A DNA stretch of 52,425 nt, from the NCBI GenBank assembly GCA_038065455.1, contig JBBTQX010000009.1, forward strand, positions 1 through 52,425, given 5' to 3'. The position numbers and the translations under genes are program-made. Shown here piece by piece: positions 35,616 to 46,080 of this stretch. The notes under the pieces are model-generated. The model searched no databases. It was given only the letters and a program-made list of their open reading frames with translations, and was not told the DNA's origin. Within the stretch, counting starts at the first letter, position 1. Each line of letters starts with the position of its first letter. This stretch comes from Patescibacteria group bacterium. Its GTDB lineage: Bacteria > Patescibacteriota > Minisyncoccia > UBA6257 > GWB1-50-10.

Positions 35616-37395
35616 AAATTTCTGTATCATCGCCCACATTGACCATGGTAAGAGCACCCTGGCCGACCGATTTCTCGAAATCACGGGCACGGTCGAGAAG
35701 CGGAATATGCGGGCACAATATTTGGACCAGCTGGAGTTGGAACGGGAGCGGGGTATTACCATAAAAATGGCGCCCGTTCGGATGGAATATTTGGGTTATA
35801 TTTTGAATCTTATCGACACGCCAGGACACTCGGATTTTGGCTATGAGGTATCACGCGCGCTTGCGGCTGTCGAGGGCGGAATACTTCTCGTGGATGCCAC
35901 TCAGGGCATCCAAGCCCAAACGCTCGCCAATTTCCGAGCGGCCAAAGCTTCGGGCCTGACCGTTTTGGGCGCAATAAACAAAATAGATTTGTTCAAAAAC
36001 GCAGGAGATCAAGAAACTATATCCCGCCTCCGCAAAGAAGTGGTGGAACTTATCGGCGGAAAAGAGGAGGAAATTTTCATGATATCCGGCAAGACGGGCG
36101 AAAGAGTCGAAGAAATGTTGAATGAAATTATCCGACGCGTGCCGCCGCCTCGGGAAAACAACATAAAGAATTTGAACCGCGCCCTCATCTTCGATTCATT
36201 CTACGACGACCATAAAGGCGTAATGGCTTCGGTCCGCGTCTTCGATGGCGAGATAGATCCCAATGAGAATGTCTACCTGGCCGCGCCTGACACGGTCTCC
36301 AAAATAAAAGAAGTCGGCTATTTCAAGCCGCAGATAAAAGCGGCCAAAAGCCTCAAGACTGGCGAAATCGGCTACATCGCGACCGGCATTAAGGATACCT
36401 CGCTCATAAAGATAGGGGACACGGCCATCTCCGCCGCCCATCATCCGGACAAAATAAAATCTTTTATCCTGCCGGGATACAAAGAGCCGCGTCCGGTCGT
36501 CTTTGTTTCTTTTTATCCGGAAGAAAACGACGATTACGAACTGCTGAAGAAAAGCTTGGAGAAGCTGAAATTAAGCGACTCGGCGCTCACAATCGAGCCG
36601 GATCAGAACGAAGTATTGGGCCGAGGATACAAGGTCGGATTTCTTGGCCGACTCCATTTCGAGATTACCGCCGAACGGCTAAAGCGAGAATATAAGGTAG
36701 ATACCGTGAGTACTTTTCCATCGGTTATATATAAAATAAAAAACAAAGGAAATTGGCAAACAATAATTAAACCCGAAGAACTTCCGATGGAATACGAAGA
36801 AATCTGGGAACCGATGGTGAAAATAACGATTCTCGTGCCGCCGAAATATCTCCAGAGCGTTTATCCGCTCCAGGCGCGCTTCCGCTTCAGGGATATTATG
36901 ACGGAAACTTTCCAAGACCAGACGGAGCTTAAGGCAATAATGCCGCTGGCCGAACTCGTGAGCGATTTCGACGACCAGTTGAAATCCGCGACTGCCGGTT
37001 TCGCTTCGTTCAGCTATGAACTGGCGGATTATGCGAAAGCAAACATCGTGAAAACGGATATTTTGGTGGCAGGGGAGATAGTGCCGGGTCTTTCACGATT
37101 TCTGCCTACGGAAACCGTCGAGAAGGAGTCGCGGCGAATGGTGATAAAACTCAAAGAAATTCTGCCTCATCAGCAATTCGCCCAGCCCATTCAAGCCCGC
37201 GTCGGAGGCAAATTCATCGCCCGCGAAGACATTCCCGCGGTAAAAAAACAACTCGGGAATTTCGGCAAGAACGGCGGCGATCGCACCCGGAAAATGAAAC
37301 TCTGGGCCAAGCAGAAGAGGGGAAAGGAAAGGCTCCAGTCGCGCGCCCAAGTCCGCATCAGCCCAGCCATATTCAAAGAACTAATAAAAAAATAA
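35602..37395 (+). CDS. lepA: Elongation factor 4 (LepA)
   Basis: [55 protein letters not shown]. Confidence 0.97.
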   Translation: [597 protein letters not shown]

Positions 37396-37413
37396 ATGAG
37401 ATATAATTAAGAG

Positions 37414-37719
37414 ATGACAACGGATACCTGGAGGTGGGCAATATTCGGAGCGGCAATCACTTTGATAGGCTGGGGACTTTTCCGGCTTATAGATTCGAAA
37501 GGCGAGTTGAAATCCGAAATATCAGAACTTTCCGCCAAATCGGCCGACCTTACGGAAGAAAACCGCAAGCTGGCCGACCAGATTGATTATTTCAAGAATC
37601 CGACTAATCTTTTGAACGAAGCCAAGAAACAGACGAATTATCGCCTGCCAGACGAGAAGCTGATAATCATCGTGCCCGGAACGGCGAGCAGTTCCCCGAC
37701 AAGCACCGGTAAAAATTAA
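37414..37719 (+). CDS. Septum formation initiator (FtsB/DivIC-like)
   Basis: TM, coiled coil, EAKKQTNYRLPDEKLIII. Confidence 0.75.
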   Translation: MTTDTWRWAIFGAAITLIGWGLFRLIDSKGELKSEISELSAKSADLTEENRKLADQIDYFKNPTNLLNEAKKQTNYRLPDEKLIIIVPGTASSSPTSTGKN

Positions 37720-37725
37720 ATACGG

Positions 37726-37796
37726 TGCGGGTAAGGAGAATTGAACTCCTGTATCTTGCTTGGGAAGCAAGCATATTACCACTATACTATACCCGC
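37726..37796 (-). tRNA. tRNA-Gly(CCC)
   Basis: Minus strand: GCGGGTA/TACCCGC acceptor, CTTGC-TTCCCAA-GCAAG, AGGAG-TTCAATT-CTCCT. Confidence 0.95.
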
Positions 37797-37907
37797 AATG
37801 ACGTTTTTATAGTATCATATTATAGGAGCAAGTAAGTATAGAATACGGGCCTGCCCCCACACCTATGCATATCAAGAAGTTTCTTATATAATATAAATGA
37901 CATAATT

Positions 37908-40595
37908 ATGGAATTTTTTAATTTCAACCGCGGAGAAATGGAGGACGCGAAAATAACCTCGGAAACTAACACGGAGAGGGAGGTTGGTAAGCCTCCGGAA
38001 AAATCGAAAGAGGAGGCGCTTGATGAAAAAATTATTTCATTTGAATCTCTTTATGGCATAAAAAGAGAGGAACTCGAATCAATCGAAAGCTTTAACGGTC
38101 TGACCGACGGGCAAAAAGCCATTGCGCTTGAAAATTTCAGTCAATTCGGACTTAAAAAAATAACCGAGCAGGCCATAATCCGGCAAACCGAAGGAAAAGA
38201 AAAAGCAAATATATTCGGAAAAATATATCGGGGCGTTTTTGCCAATCAATATTTAAAGTACGCCGAGAAAGAAGAAACGGATATCTTCGTAAGAGGGGGA
38301 TTGGAATCGCATAAAAGCATAATCGAAAAAATCTCAGAGCAGATGAAAGACAGTAAGGTTGACGCGGATATCAATCCCGACGGTTCCTTAAACATTTATT
38401 TCGCAGAACGCGATATTAAAAATTTGAATCCCAAAGAACGGGAAAAAATGAATGAATTCAACGAAGCGGCGCGAATTTTCGCGACTACGCCCGCCGAATG
38501 GCAATACAGCGGAAGAGAACAGGATAAATTTACCGGAATAAAAGAGCGTTATGAGAAATCCCTGGAAGGATATATCGGGGTAAAAAGAGCGCACTCTAAA
38601 AACGACGGGGAAGCCGCAATCAGCGCGGCGGAAACAGACCAAGCGGTTCACATGCACCAGCTTTTAAACACGGATAAAGACGTGGAAAAATATATTCGTT
38701 CCATCGCCTCGGAATCATCGATTAAAACATTCTTCCGTTCGGCGGCAAGCCAAAATATCGGATTTACTCTTTTGGGCGGCGGAATACGCTCCGCAACCGT
38801 GGCCGCATGGGGATTAATCGCCGCTCCGTTTGTCGCCGCCGGCATGGGCGCATTTTTGTCGCGAAAACGCGCTATTTTAGAACTTCAACAAGAAGCTGTT
38901 TTGGCGCGCAGTGGGAAAGAAACGAAGATAAAAAGAAAAACTAAAGGAATTAAAATTAAGGGGGTTGAATTAGGCGAAAAAGAAGTTTCGGCTCTTAATT
39001 TTGTCGACGCCAAATCCCTTACTCAAAAGATTGACAAGCTTTACTGGCAAATTGCTTCCGTTGAAGCCGACAATAATAAAAAGGATGGGGAGAGAAAAAA
39101 TGAAATCGCCGAATTGCGCGAAGAACTCGCGACGCGGCTTCTCTACACCGACATAAAAATGGAAAGAGGGCTGGTAAATTACGGCTCAACTAATGACCGG
39201 CTCGCCAATCAATACGCTCTTTTGAAATCTCGAAGCATGGCGGCCGTCGAAACAATGAAAAATGAAAAAGAGGGAGATGAAAATAAAACCGAAAACATCG
39301 CCATGGAGCGCCTTGAATCGTTTTTAGAGATGAAGAATGACAAAGCCCACGCTCACGTCCGGAGAGCGGCGATGCGTGGAGCTTATATGGGCGCCGGTTT
39401 CGCTCTGCTCGGCTATGAAATCCGCGACGCGTTTTCCGGATTTTCAGGAACTAAAAATGCCGTGGAATTTTTCAAACATACTTTTAATATCGGGCACGAG
39501 ACGACTGCCGCAGTCGCCGCTATGCCGGGAATAACTCCGGCGCTGGATACCACCCACATCCCGCCAATTGCCGAAAAAACAGAAATAGCAAATCAAGAAA
39601 CGCCCGCGCCGGCACCGGAGGGACGCGCGCTTGCGTTCATTGAGAAAAAAGGAAGTATTTGGCAAGCGGCGCGCAATCTCGTAAACCGCCGCGCGATATC
39701 AGAAAAAGAATTTCAAGCGGCTTGGGAAAATCCCAAATCGACCGTAAAACTTCCAAATGGCGCGACTCATCATATTTCGGAGATAGGCTTATCCCATGAA
39801 GGCGACGAGGTTATATTTATGAAAGAGAAGGACGGCGTGCCGGCTCATTTTGAATTCGTAGCCGACAGCAAAAAAACCGCCGGCACCGATAAAGACCTCA
39901 TGGAAGTTTTCGCTAAAAAACGCGTAAAAATTCCCAAATGGCTTGAATCTCGCATGGATGCGGAGGAGCATGCGATTCCATCATCCGATATCTATCCAAT
40001 GAAACCGATGCCGCTCCATCTATATCCGACCGGCCACGTATTCGAGCCGAAGGTTAATCCCACGAGCGGATCGAAGACAAATTATCTGCCCCCAGATTTC
40101 TTAGAATTAAAACATGAGCCTCAAATACCGGAAATCGGAGCTAAGAACGCACCGCCGATTGAGCACGCTATTCCCGACAAGAGCGGCAATATTATTGAAC
40201 AAATAGAACCTGGTAAAATAAAGATTGGAGAAAAAAATATGTGGGGAATTATCAAATTTAATTATAACGACTCGAATCACTCTATAAATCTGGATGAAAC
40301 ATATTTTAAAAATTTAAGTGGGAATGAAGTCTTGAAATACAAACATTATGAAATATTGAAAGAAAAAATAATCGCAGAACGTATGTCTACTGAAATATCC
40401 GAATCTTACAATAATATGACAGTTGATGGCTTAAGACTCAACAAATATTTAAAAGTATACGAGAGCATCTCAAAGAATCCGACTTATACCAAAGAAACTT
40501 CCCTTGTCGCCAGTTCGATAAAATTTATGATAAGAGAAATGATCAAAAAATATGGCGATGTTATTGACCCGAATATAAAATACTTCCGATATTGA
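37908..40595 (+). CDS. Large hypothetical protein with Gly/Ala-rich hydrophobic segments
   Basis: 895-aa ORF; helical N-terminus, two glycine-zipper-like segments, Pro-rich linkers; no family recognised with certainty. Confidence 0.85.
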   Translation: MEFFNFNRGEMEDAKITSETNTEREVGKPPEKSKEEALDEKIISFESLYGIKREELESIESFNGLTDGQKAIALENFSQFGLKKITEQAIIRQTEGKEKANIFGKIYRGVFANQYLKYAEKEETDIFVRGGLESHKSIIEKISEQMKDSKVDADINPDGSLNIYFAERDIKNLNPKEREKMNEFNEAARIFATTPAEWQYSGREQDKFTGIKERYEKSLEGYIGVKRAHSKNDGEAAISAAETDQAVHMHQLLNTDKDVEKYIRSIASESSIKTFFRSAASQNIGFTLLGGGIRSATVAAWGLIAAPFVAAGMGAFLSRKRAILELQQEAVLARSGKETKIKRKTKGIKIKGVELGEKEVSALNFVDAKSLTQKIDKLYWQIASVEADNNKKDGERKNEIAELREELATRLLYTDIKMERGLVNYGSTNDRLANQYALLKSRSMAAVETMKNEKEGDENKTENIAMERLESFLEMKNDKAHAHVRRAAMRGAYMGAGFALLGYEIRDAFSGFSGTKNAVEFFKHTFNIGHETTAAVAAMPGITPALDTTHIPPIAEKTEIANQETPAPAPEGRALAFIEKKGSIWQAARNLVNRRAISEKEFQAAWENPKSTVKLPNGATHHISEIGLSHEGDEVIFMKEKDGVPAHFEFVADSKKTAGTDKDLMEVFAKKRVKIPKWLESRMDAEEHAIPSSDIYPMKPMPLHLYPTGHVFEPKVNPTSGSKTNYLPPDFLELKHEPQIPEIGAKNAPPIEHAIPDKSGNIIEQIEPGKIKIGEKNMWGIIKFNYNDSNHSINLDETYFKNLSGNEVLKYKHYEILKEKIIAERMSTEISESYNNMTVDGLRLNKYLKVYESISKNPTYTKETSLVASSIKFMIREMIKKYGDVIDPNIKYFRY

Positions 40596-40626
40596 TTTCT
40601 AACGTCATGCTCCACTCTTGAGAATC

Positions 40627-42636
40627 ATGAATGATTTTCAATTAATTTCAAAAAATAAGCCCGCGGGAGATCAGCCGAGGGCGATAAAGGAATTGGTTTC
40701 CGGCCTCAAAAAAGATTACAAAAACCAGACGCTTTTGGGCGTCACGGGCTCCGGTAAGACCTTCACAATTGCGAACGTGATAGCCGAAATCCAGAAGCCG
40801 ACGCTCGTCATCGCCCATAACAAGACCTTGGCCGCCCAGCTTACGAACGAATTTCGCGAGCTTTTTCCGAATAACTCGGTGAACTACTTCGTTTCTTATT
40901 ACGATTATTATCAGCCGGAGGCCTATATGCCTTCGTCCGACACTTATATCGAGAAGGAGGCGATGATAAACGACGAGATAGACAAGCTCCGCCACGCGGC
41001 GACGGCGGCTCTTTTGACGCGCAAAGACGTTATCGTAGTTGCTTCCGTCTCTTGCATCTACGGCCTGGGTTCGCCTAAAGCATACCGCGAAAATATTTTC
41101 CATTTGAAACCCGGCGATCGGCTGGAACGCGATGAATTCATCAAAAAGCTCGTGGAACTCCAATTCACCCGGACGAACTCCGACCTGAAGCGGGCGACCT
41201 TCCGCGTGCGGGGCGACAACTGGGAAATAATGGCGCCGGACCGCGATGTTATCTATAACTTCCAAATAAGAAACGGTGCTATCAATAAAATATACGAGGT
41301 GGAGCCGGCCAAGGGATTTCGGCCGGGCAAGACGCCGGAATTGCCGGAAATATATATCGCGCCGGCCAAGCACTTCATCACGCCGCCCGACGACCGCGAC
41401 CGGGCACTCAAAGCCATCAAAGAGGAGTTGAAAAGCCAATTGAAAAAATTCGAAAAAGAAAAGAAATTTCTGGAGGCGGAGCGGATAGAACGCCGCACCA
41501 AAGCCGACATGGCGATGATGAAGGAGGTTGGGTACTGCCACGGCATCGAAAATTATTCCCGCCATCTTTCCGGACGTGACACAGGAGAGCCGCCCGCCAC
41601 GCTTCTGGATTATTTCCCGAGTTCATCGAACGGCGGATTTTTGACCGTGATAGACGAATCCCACGTGACCATCCCGCAGCTGGGAGGAATGTTCGCGGGC
41701 GACGCTTCGCGCAAAAAGACGCTTATAGACTACGGCTTCCGCCTGCCTTCGGCATCCGATAATCGGCCGCTGACCTTCAAAGAATTCGAATCTCGGGTTG
41801 GCCAGACGATTTACACCTCGGCTACGCCTGCTCCTTTTGAAATAAACAAGAGCGACCCTTCGAAGCACTCAGGGCAAGGGAAAATCGTGGAGCAAATCAT
41901 CCGGCCGACGGGGCTCGTGGATCCCGCGATAACCATAAAGCCGGTCAAAGGGCAGATAGACGATTTGATTGTGAGAATAAAAGACCGAATCGAAAAGAAG
42001 GAGCGCGTGCTCGTGACTACCCTCACAAAGCGGATGGCGGAAGATTTGAGCGCGTACCTGGAAGAATTGAAAATCAAAGTGAATTACCTTCACAGCGATG
42101 TGAAAACATTGGATCGCATCCGCATCCTCACCGATTTGCGGAAGGGGAAGATAGAAGTGCTCGTGGGCGTAAACCTTCTGCGGGAAGGCTTGGATTTGCC
42201 CGAGGTTTCACTCGTCGCGATTCTCGATGCCGACAAGGAGGGTTTTTTGCGAAGCGAAGTATCGCTCATTCAGACTATCGGCCGGGCGGCCAGAAATGAG
42301 AAAGGGGAGGTGCTGATGTATGCCGACAATATCACGGGCTCCATCAGGCGCGCCGTGAGCGAAACCGACCGCCGCCGGAAAATCCAGCTGGCTTACAATA
42401 AAAAACACGGCATCACGCCCAAAACTATCATCAGGGAAATTAGGGACATTCTGCCGGTCGAGGATATTCTGAATCTGGAAACGAAGATACTACCGAAATC
42501 CAAATCGGTCTTGGAAGAGCTTATGAAGCAAAAAGAGAAGGAGATGAAAGAAGCGGCGAAGAATTTGGACTTCGAACTAGCCGCCCTCCTTCGGGATGAA
42601 ATTAAAATATTGAGTAAGAAGACTAAAAACCACTAG
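40627..42636 (+). CDS. uvrB: Excinuclease ABC subunit B
   Basis: GVTGSGKT, HNKTLAAQL, YYDYYQPEAY, DESH, NLLREGLD, QTIGRAARN, C-terminal UVR domain. Confidence 0.98.
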   Translation: MNDFQLISKNKPAGDQPRAIKELVSGLKKDYKNQTLLGVTGSGKTFTIANVIAEIQKPTLVIAHNKTLAAQLTNEFRELFPNNSVNYFVSYYDYYQPEAYMPSSDTYIEKEAMINDEIDKLRHAATAALLTRKDVIVVASVSCIYGLGSPKAYRENIFHLKPGDRLERDEFIKKLVELQFTRTNSDLKRATFRVRGDNWEIMAPDRDVIYNFQIRNGAINKIYEVEPAKGFRPGKTPELPEIYIAPAKHFITPPDDRDRALKAIKEELKSQLKKFEKEKKFLEAERIERRTKADMAMMKEVGYCHGIENYSRHLSGRDTGEPPATLLDYFPSSSNGGFLTVIDESHVTIPQLGGMFAGDASRKKTLIDYGFRLPSASDNRPLTFKEFESRVGQTIYTSATPAPFEINKSDPSKHSGQGKIVEQIIRPTGLVDPAITIKPVKGQIDDLIVRIKDRIEKKERVLVTTLTKRMAEDLSAYLEELKIKVNYLHSDVKTLDRIRILTDLRKGKIEVLVGVNLLREGLDLPEVSLVAILDADKEGFLRSEVSLIQTIGRAARNEKGEVLMYADNITGSIRRAVSETDRRRKIQLAYNKKHGITPKTIIREIRDILPVEDILNLETKILPKSKSVLEELMKQKEKEMKEAAKNLDFELAALLRDEIKILSKKTKNH

Positions 42637-42718
42637 GCAACCAAAAAAGTGTGCGCTCCGGGGCGCTAGCCCAAGTCTTACCCACTTTTTCTGATTGCCT
42701 AGTGGTTTTTTTGACTTC
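42618..42718. repeat. ~100-bp inverted-repeat element overlapping the uvrB stop
   Basis: ~34-bp arms AAAAACCACTAGGCAA..AAAAAGTG and CACTTTTT..TTGCCTAGTGGTTTTT around a GC-rich ~31-nt loop. Confidence 0.75.
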
Positions 42719-42791
42719 GGTTAATCTTTATTCTAAATTGGATGTACTATCCCTAGTGAACCGAACTAGAGGCCTTTCCCCATATATGGGG

Positions 42792-42924
42792 AAATTCGAA
42801 GCACGAAATCCGAAATCCTAAACAAATCCCAATATTTAAGTACTGAATACTAAAACACGTTTAGAATTTTTGGATATTTGAATTTAGTATTTGTTTCGTA
42901 TTTCGATATTCGGATTTAGAATTT
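42792..42924. repeat. Heptamer-periodic imperfect hairpin
   Basis: Left arm AAATTCG-AAGCACG-AAATCCG-AAATCCT..., right arm ...TATTTCG-ATATTCG-GATTTAG-AATTT as approximate reverse complement. Confidence 0.75.
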
Positions 42925-42933
42925 TATATTCCA

Positions 42934-45561
42934 ATGCAAAACAAAATTATCATCAAGGGCGCCCGCGAGCACAACCTGAAAAATATAAATTTAGAAATCC
43001 CCAGGGATAAGATGGTGGTCTTTACGGGCCTTTCCGGCTCCGGCAAATCTTCCTTAGCTTTCGATACCATCTTCGCCGAGGGCCAACGCCGATATATCGA
43101 GTCACTCTCGGCCTATGCCCGCCAGTTTTTGGGCAAATTGGACAAGCCGGACGTAGATGAAATCGAGGGCCTTTCGCCGGCTATCTCTATCGATCAGAAG
43201 CACCACTCGGCGAATCCGCGCTCCACGGTCGCAACCATTACCGAAATTTACGATTATCTGCGGGTGCTTTTTGCGCGCGCCGGCAAGCCCTATTGCCCCA
43301 AGTGCGGGAAAGAAATAAAAAAGATGACGACGGATGAGATTGTGGATGTCGCCATTCAAATCTCGAATGAAAACAAAGAAAAAGAGGGGAGAAATATGGT
43401 AATATTGGCGCCGGTCGTCCGCGGCCGGAAAGGGGAGTACTACCAGATGCTTTACGATTTTCTGAACGCCGGCTTCTCTGAAATCCGGATAGACGGCCAA
43501 TTCATGAGTCTGCGCGAACGGATAGAATTATCGCGCTACAAACAGCACACGATAGACTTGGTAGTGGACCGCCTGCCGGCCGGCGTGGACTTCACCGACA
43601 AGGACAAGCGCTTGCGGCTCGCGGAAGCTATCGAATCCGCTTTGAAATACGGCCATGATGTAGTGACACTCATCACCGACAAAGAAACTTCGCTTTCGGC
43701 TCAGTACACCTGCCCCGAAGACGGCTTCTCTTTTCCGGAAATAGAGCCACGGCTCTTCTCTTTCAACAGCCCTTTCGGCGCCTGTCCGAATTGCCACGGC
43801 TTGGGCACGGAAAGCGTCTGGTCCGAAAATATCTGTCCGGTCTGCCTGGGAAAAAGATTAAAGGAAGAAAGTCTGAATGTTCTGATAGAAAACAAGAATA
43901 TTTGGAACGTCACGGAATTTTCCATCGCGGATGCGCTCGCGTTTTTCTCCAAGGTTGAAGAAAAAATAAGAAAGAATAAAAACCTCGCCCAGGTGGCCGA
44001 GGTGCCGCTCCGTGAAATCAAGAACCGCCTGAAATTCATGGCCGATGTCGGTCTGGAATATCTCACGCTCGGCCGGAAGGCGGGTACGCTTTCGGGCGGA
44101 GAATCCCAACGCATCCGACTGGCATCGCAAATCGGCTCGCGCCTCGTTGGCACGCTTTATATTCTGGACGAACCGACTATTGGGTTACACCAGCGCGACA
44201 ACGACAAACTCATTAAAACCCTGCATAATTTGAGGGATTTAGGGAACACCATCATAGTTGTGGAACACGACGAAGAGACTATCCGTTCGGGCGACTGGCT
44301 CGTGGACATCGGCCCGGGCGCGGGCATCCACGGCGGGTATATTGTGGCCGCAGGCCCCATTCCGGAAATAATTGCCAAGGAACCAATGTTCCCGTCCTCA
44401 TCCCGAACTGCGAAGCAGGAGGTTAAGGGATGCAATCCCGCCCACGTAAGTGTGGCGGGGCCGGAAATAATCAAAGATAAGAGCCAGAATTCGCTCACAC
44501 TCGAATATCTTCGCGGAAAAAGATTCATCGAGGTGCCGAAAAAGCGCCGCTCGGTGGGGAAGAATCAGGAATCCATTAAAATCAGGGGCGCGACGGAAAA
44601 TAATCTCAAAAATTTGAACTTAGATATTCCACTCAAGAAATTCACGGCCGTGACCGGCGTTTCCGGCTCCGGCAAAAGCACCTTGGTCTACGATGTGCTC
44701 TACAAAACGCTTGCCAACAGATTCAACGGCGCGGCCTACAAGCCCGGCGCGCATAAGAGCATTTCGGGAACCGAGAGCATAAACCGCGTCATTAATGTCG
44801 ACCAATCGCCGATCGGCCGGACGCCGCGCTCCAATCCGGCAACTTACGTAGGCGCTTGGACTTTTATCCGCGATCTCTTCGCCGCGAGCCCAGATGCGCG
44901 CGTGCGCGGATACAAGGCCGGACGCTTCAGCTTCAATGTGCGGGGCGGCCGATGCGATAACTGCGAAGGTCACGGCCTTATCGCCATCGAGATGCATTTC
45001 CTGCCGACGGTCTACGTGGAGTGCGAAATCTGCAAAGGTAAGCGCTTCAATCGCGAAACGCTGGCGGTGGATTACAACGGCAAAAATATCTACGAAGTTC
45101 TGGAAATGACCATAGAGGAATCGGTGAAATTTTTTGAAGACATTCCCTGGCTTTACGAGCGGCTGAAAATAATCGAGGAGGTCGGCTTAAGCTACATCAA
45201 GCTCGGCCAATCCGCCACGACCCTGTCCGGCGGCGAAGCGCAAAGAATCAAACTCTCGGCGGAGCTCGGCAAGCGCGACACGCACCGCACGCTCTATCTT
45301 CTGGACGAACCAACGACCGGTCTTCATTTCGCCGATGTGGACCAGCTTTTGAAAGTACTCCAGCGGCTCGTGGACAGGGGGAACACCATTGTCGTCATCG
45401 AGCACAATCTGGATGTCATTAAAACGGCCGACTGGGTAATAGACTTGGGACCGGAAGGTGGGGAAAAAGGCGGAGAGATAATCGTGGCCGGCACGCCCGA
45501 AGATATCGCACGGAAGGCCAAGAGCGCCACAGGCTCCTATCTCCGGAAAGTGCTGAAATAG
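42934..45561 (+). CDS. uvrA: Excinuclease ABC subunit A (insertion domain absent)
   Basis: [57 protein letters not shown]. Confidence 0.98.
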   Translation: MQNKIIIKGAREHNLKNINLEIPRDKMVVFTGLSGSGKSSLAFDTIFAEGQRRYIESLSAYARQFLGKLDKPDVDEIEGLSPAISIDQKHHSANPRSTVATITEIYDYLRVLFARAGKPYCPKCGKEIKKMTTDEIVDVAIQISNENKEKEGRNMVILAPVVRGRKGEYYQMLYDFLNAGFSEIRIDGQFMSLRERIELSRYKQHTIDLVVDRLPAGVDFTDKDKRLRLAEAIESALKYGHDVVTLITDKETSLSAQYTCPEDGFSFPEIEPRLFSFNSPFGACPNCHGLGTESVWSENICPVCLGKRLKEESLNVLIENKNIWNVTEFSIADALAFFSKVEEKIRKNKNLAQVAEVPLREIKNRLKFMADVGLEYLTLGRKAGTLSGGESQRIRLASQIGSRLVGTLYILDEPTIGLHQRDNDKLIKTLHNLRDLGNTIIVVEHDEETIRSGDWLVDIGPGAGIHGGYIVAAGPIPEIIAKEPMFPSSSRTAKQEVKGCNPAHVSVAGPEIIKDKSQNSLTLEYLRGKRFIEVPKKRRSVGKNQESIKIRGATENNLKNLNLDIPLKKFTAVTGVSGSGKSTLVYDVLYKTLANRFNGAAYKPGAHKSISGTESINRVINVDQSPIGRTPRSNPATYVGAWTFIRDLFAASPDARVRGYKAGRFSFNVRGGRCDNCEGHGLIAIEMHFLPTVYVECEICKGKRFNRETLAVDYNGKNIYEVLEMTIEESVKFFEDIPWLYERLKIIEEVGLSYIKLGQSATTLSGGEAQRIKLSAELGKRDTHRTLYLLDEPTTGLHFADVDQLLKVLQRLVDRGNTIVVIEHNLDVIKTADWVIDLGPEGGEKGGEIIVAGTPEDIARKAKSATGSYLRKVLK
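44362..44471 (+). repeat. 99-nt in-frame palindromic insertion with 11-bp direct repeats in uvrA
   Basis: CCGGAAATAAT at 44362-44372 and 44461-44471; three hairpins lie between them. Confidence 0.8.
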
Positions 45562-45650
45562 ATTGACACAAACCGGCGCGGAAGCATATCTTAAAAGGAG
45601 TTTCAGTTAACAAACTATTTTCCCAAACAATTCCATTTGGAGGGTTTCTT

Positions 45651-46025
45651 ATGGGACAGCAATTCTATTATTACTTCGAGCCGGGAGACACCAACACAGA
45701 CAGGTGTCTTGCGGATTTTTTAACCGAGGATTCCCGCCGGGAAAAAGCGGAAGTTCTGGAAAAATCGCACATTCGTAAAACGATGCTATTTGAAACCGCG
45801 GATTTGGAATCCATCAGAAAAATCAATGCGAGCAGAAGGCAAAATCTGATGAAATTCAAAATTTTCCGCGGCAATATCGATAAGCAAGTGATTCCGATTC
45901 CGTTCAAATTGATGGACCCTAAAGTCCGCAAAAAAATGAAGACGGCGCATACGGCCAGAAAACTTCGGCAAATACGCAACATCGGAGCCCATATGATGTA
46001 CGGACCGGGAAACATCGCCCATTAG
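45651..46025 (+). CDS. Hypothetical basic protein
   Basis: 124-aa ORF with upstream TTGACA...TATCTT promoter, GGAGG RBS and downstream terminator. Confidence 0.75.
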   Translation: MGQQFYYYFEPGDTNTDRCLADFLTEDSRREKAEVLEKSHIRKTMLFETADLESIRKINASRRQNLMKFKIFRGNIDKQVIPIPFKLMDPKVRKKMKTAHTARKLRQIRNIGAHMMYGPGNIAH

Positions 46026-46042
46026 CGAAAAAAGCAATTCAT

Positions 46043-46080
46043 AAGCCATTCTCAAAACATCGGGAATGGCTTTTTTATTT
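46043..46080 (+). terminator. Intrinsic terminator
   Basis: AAGCCATTCTC...GGGAATGGCTT followed by a T-tract. Confidence 0.75.

Noticed and set aside
20189-41565. Long antisense ORFs (20189..21355, 26456..27688, 34599..35393, 40648..41565)
   Set aside because: They mirror conserved sense genes; expected from codon bias.
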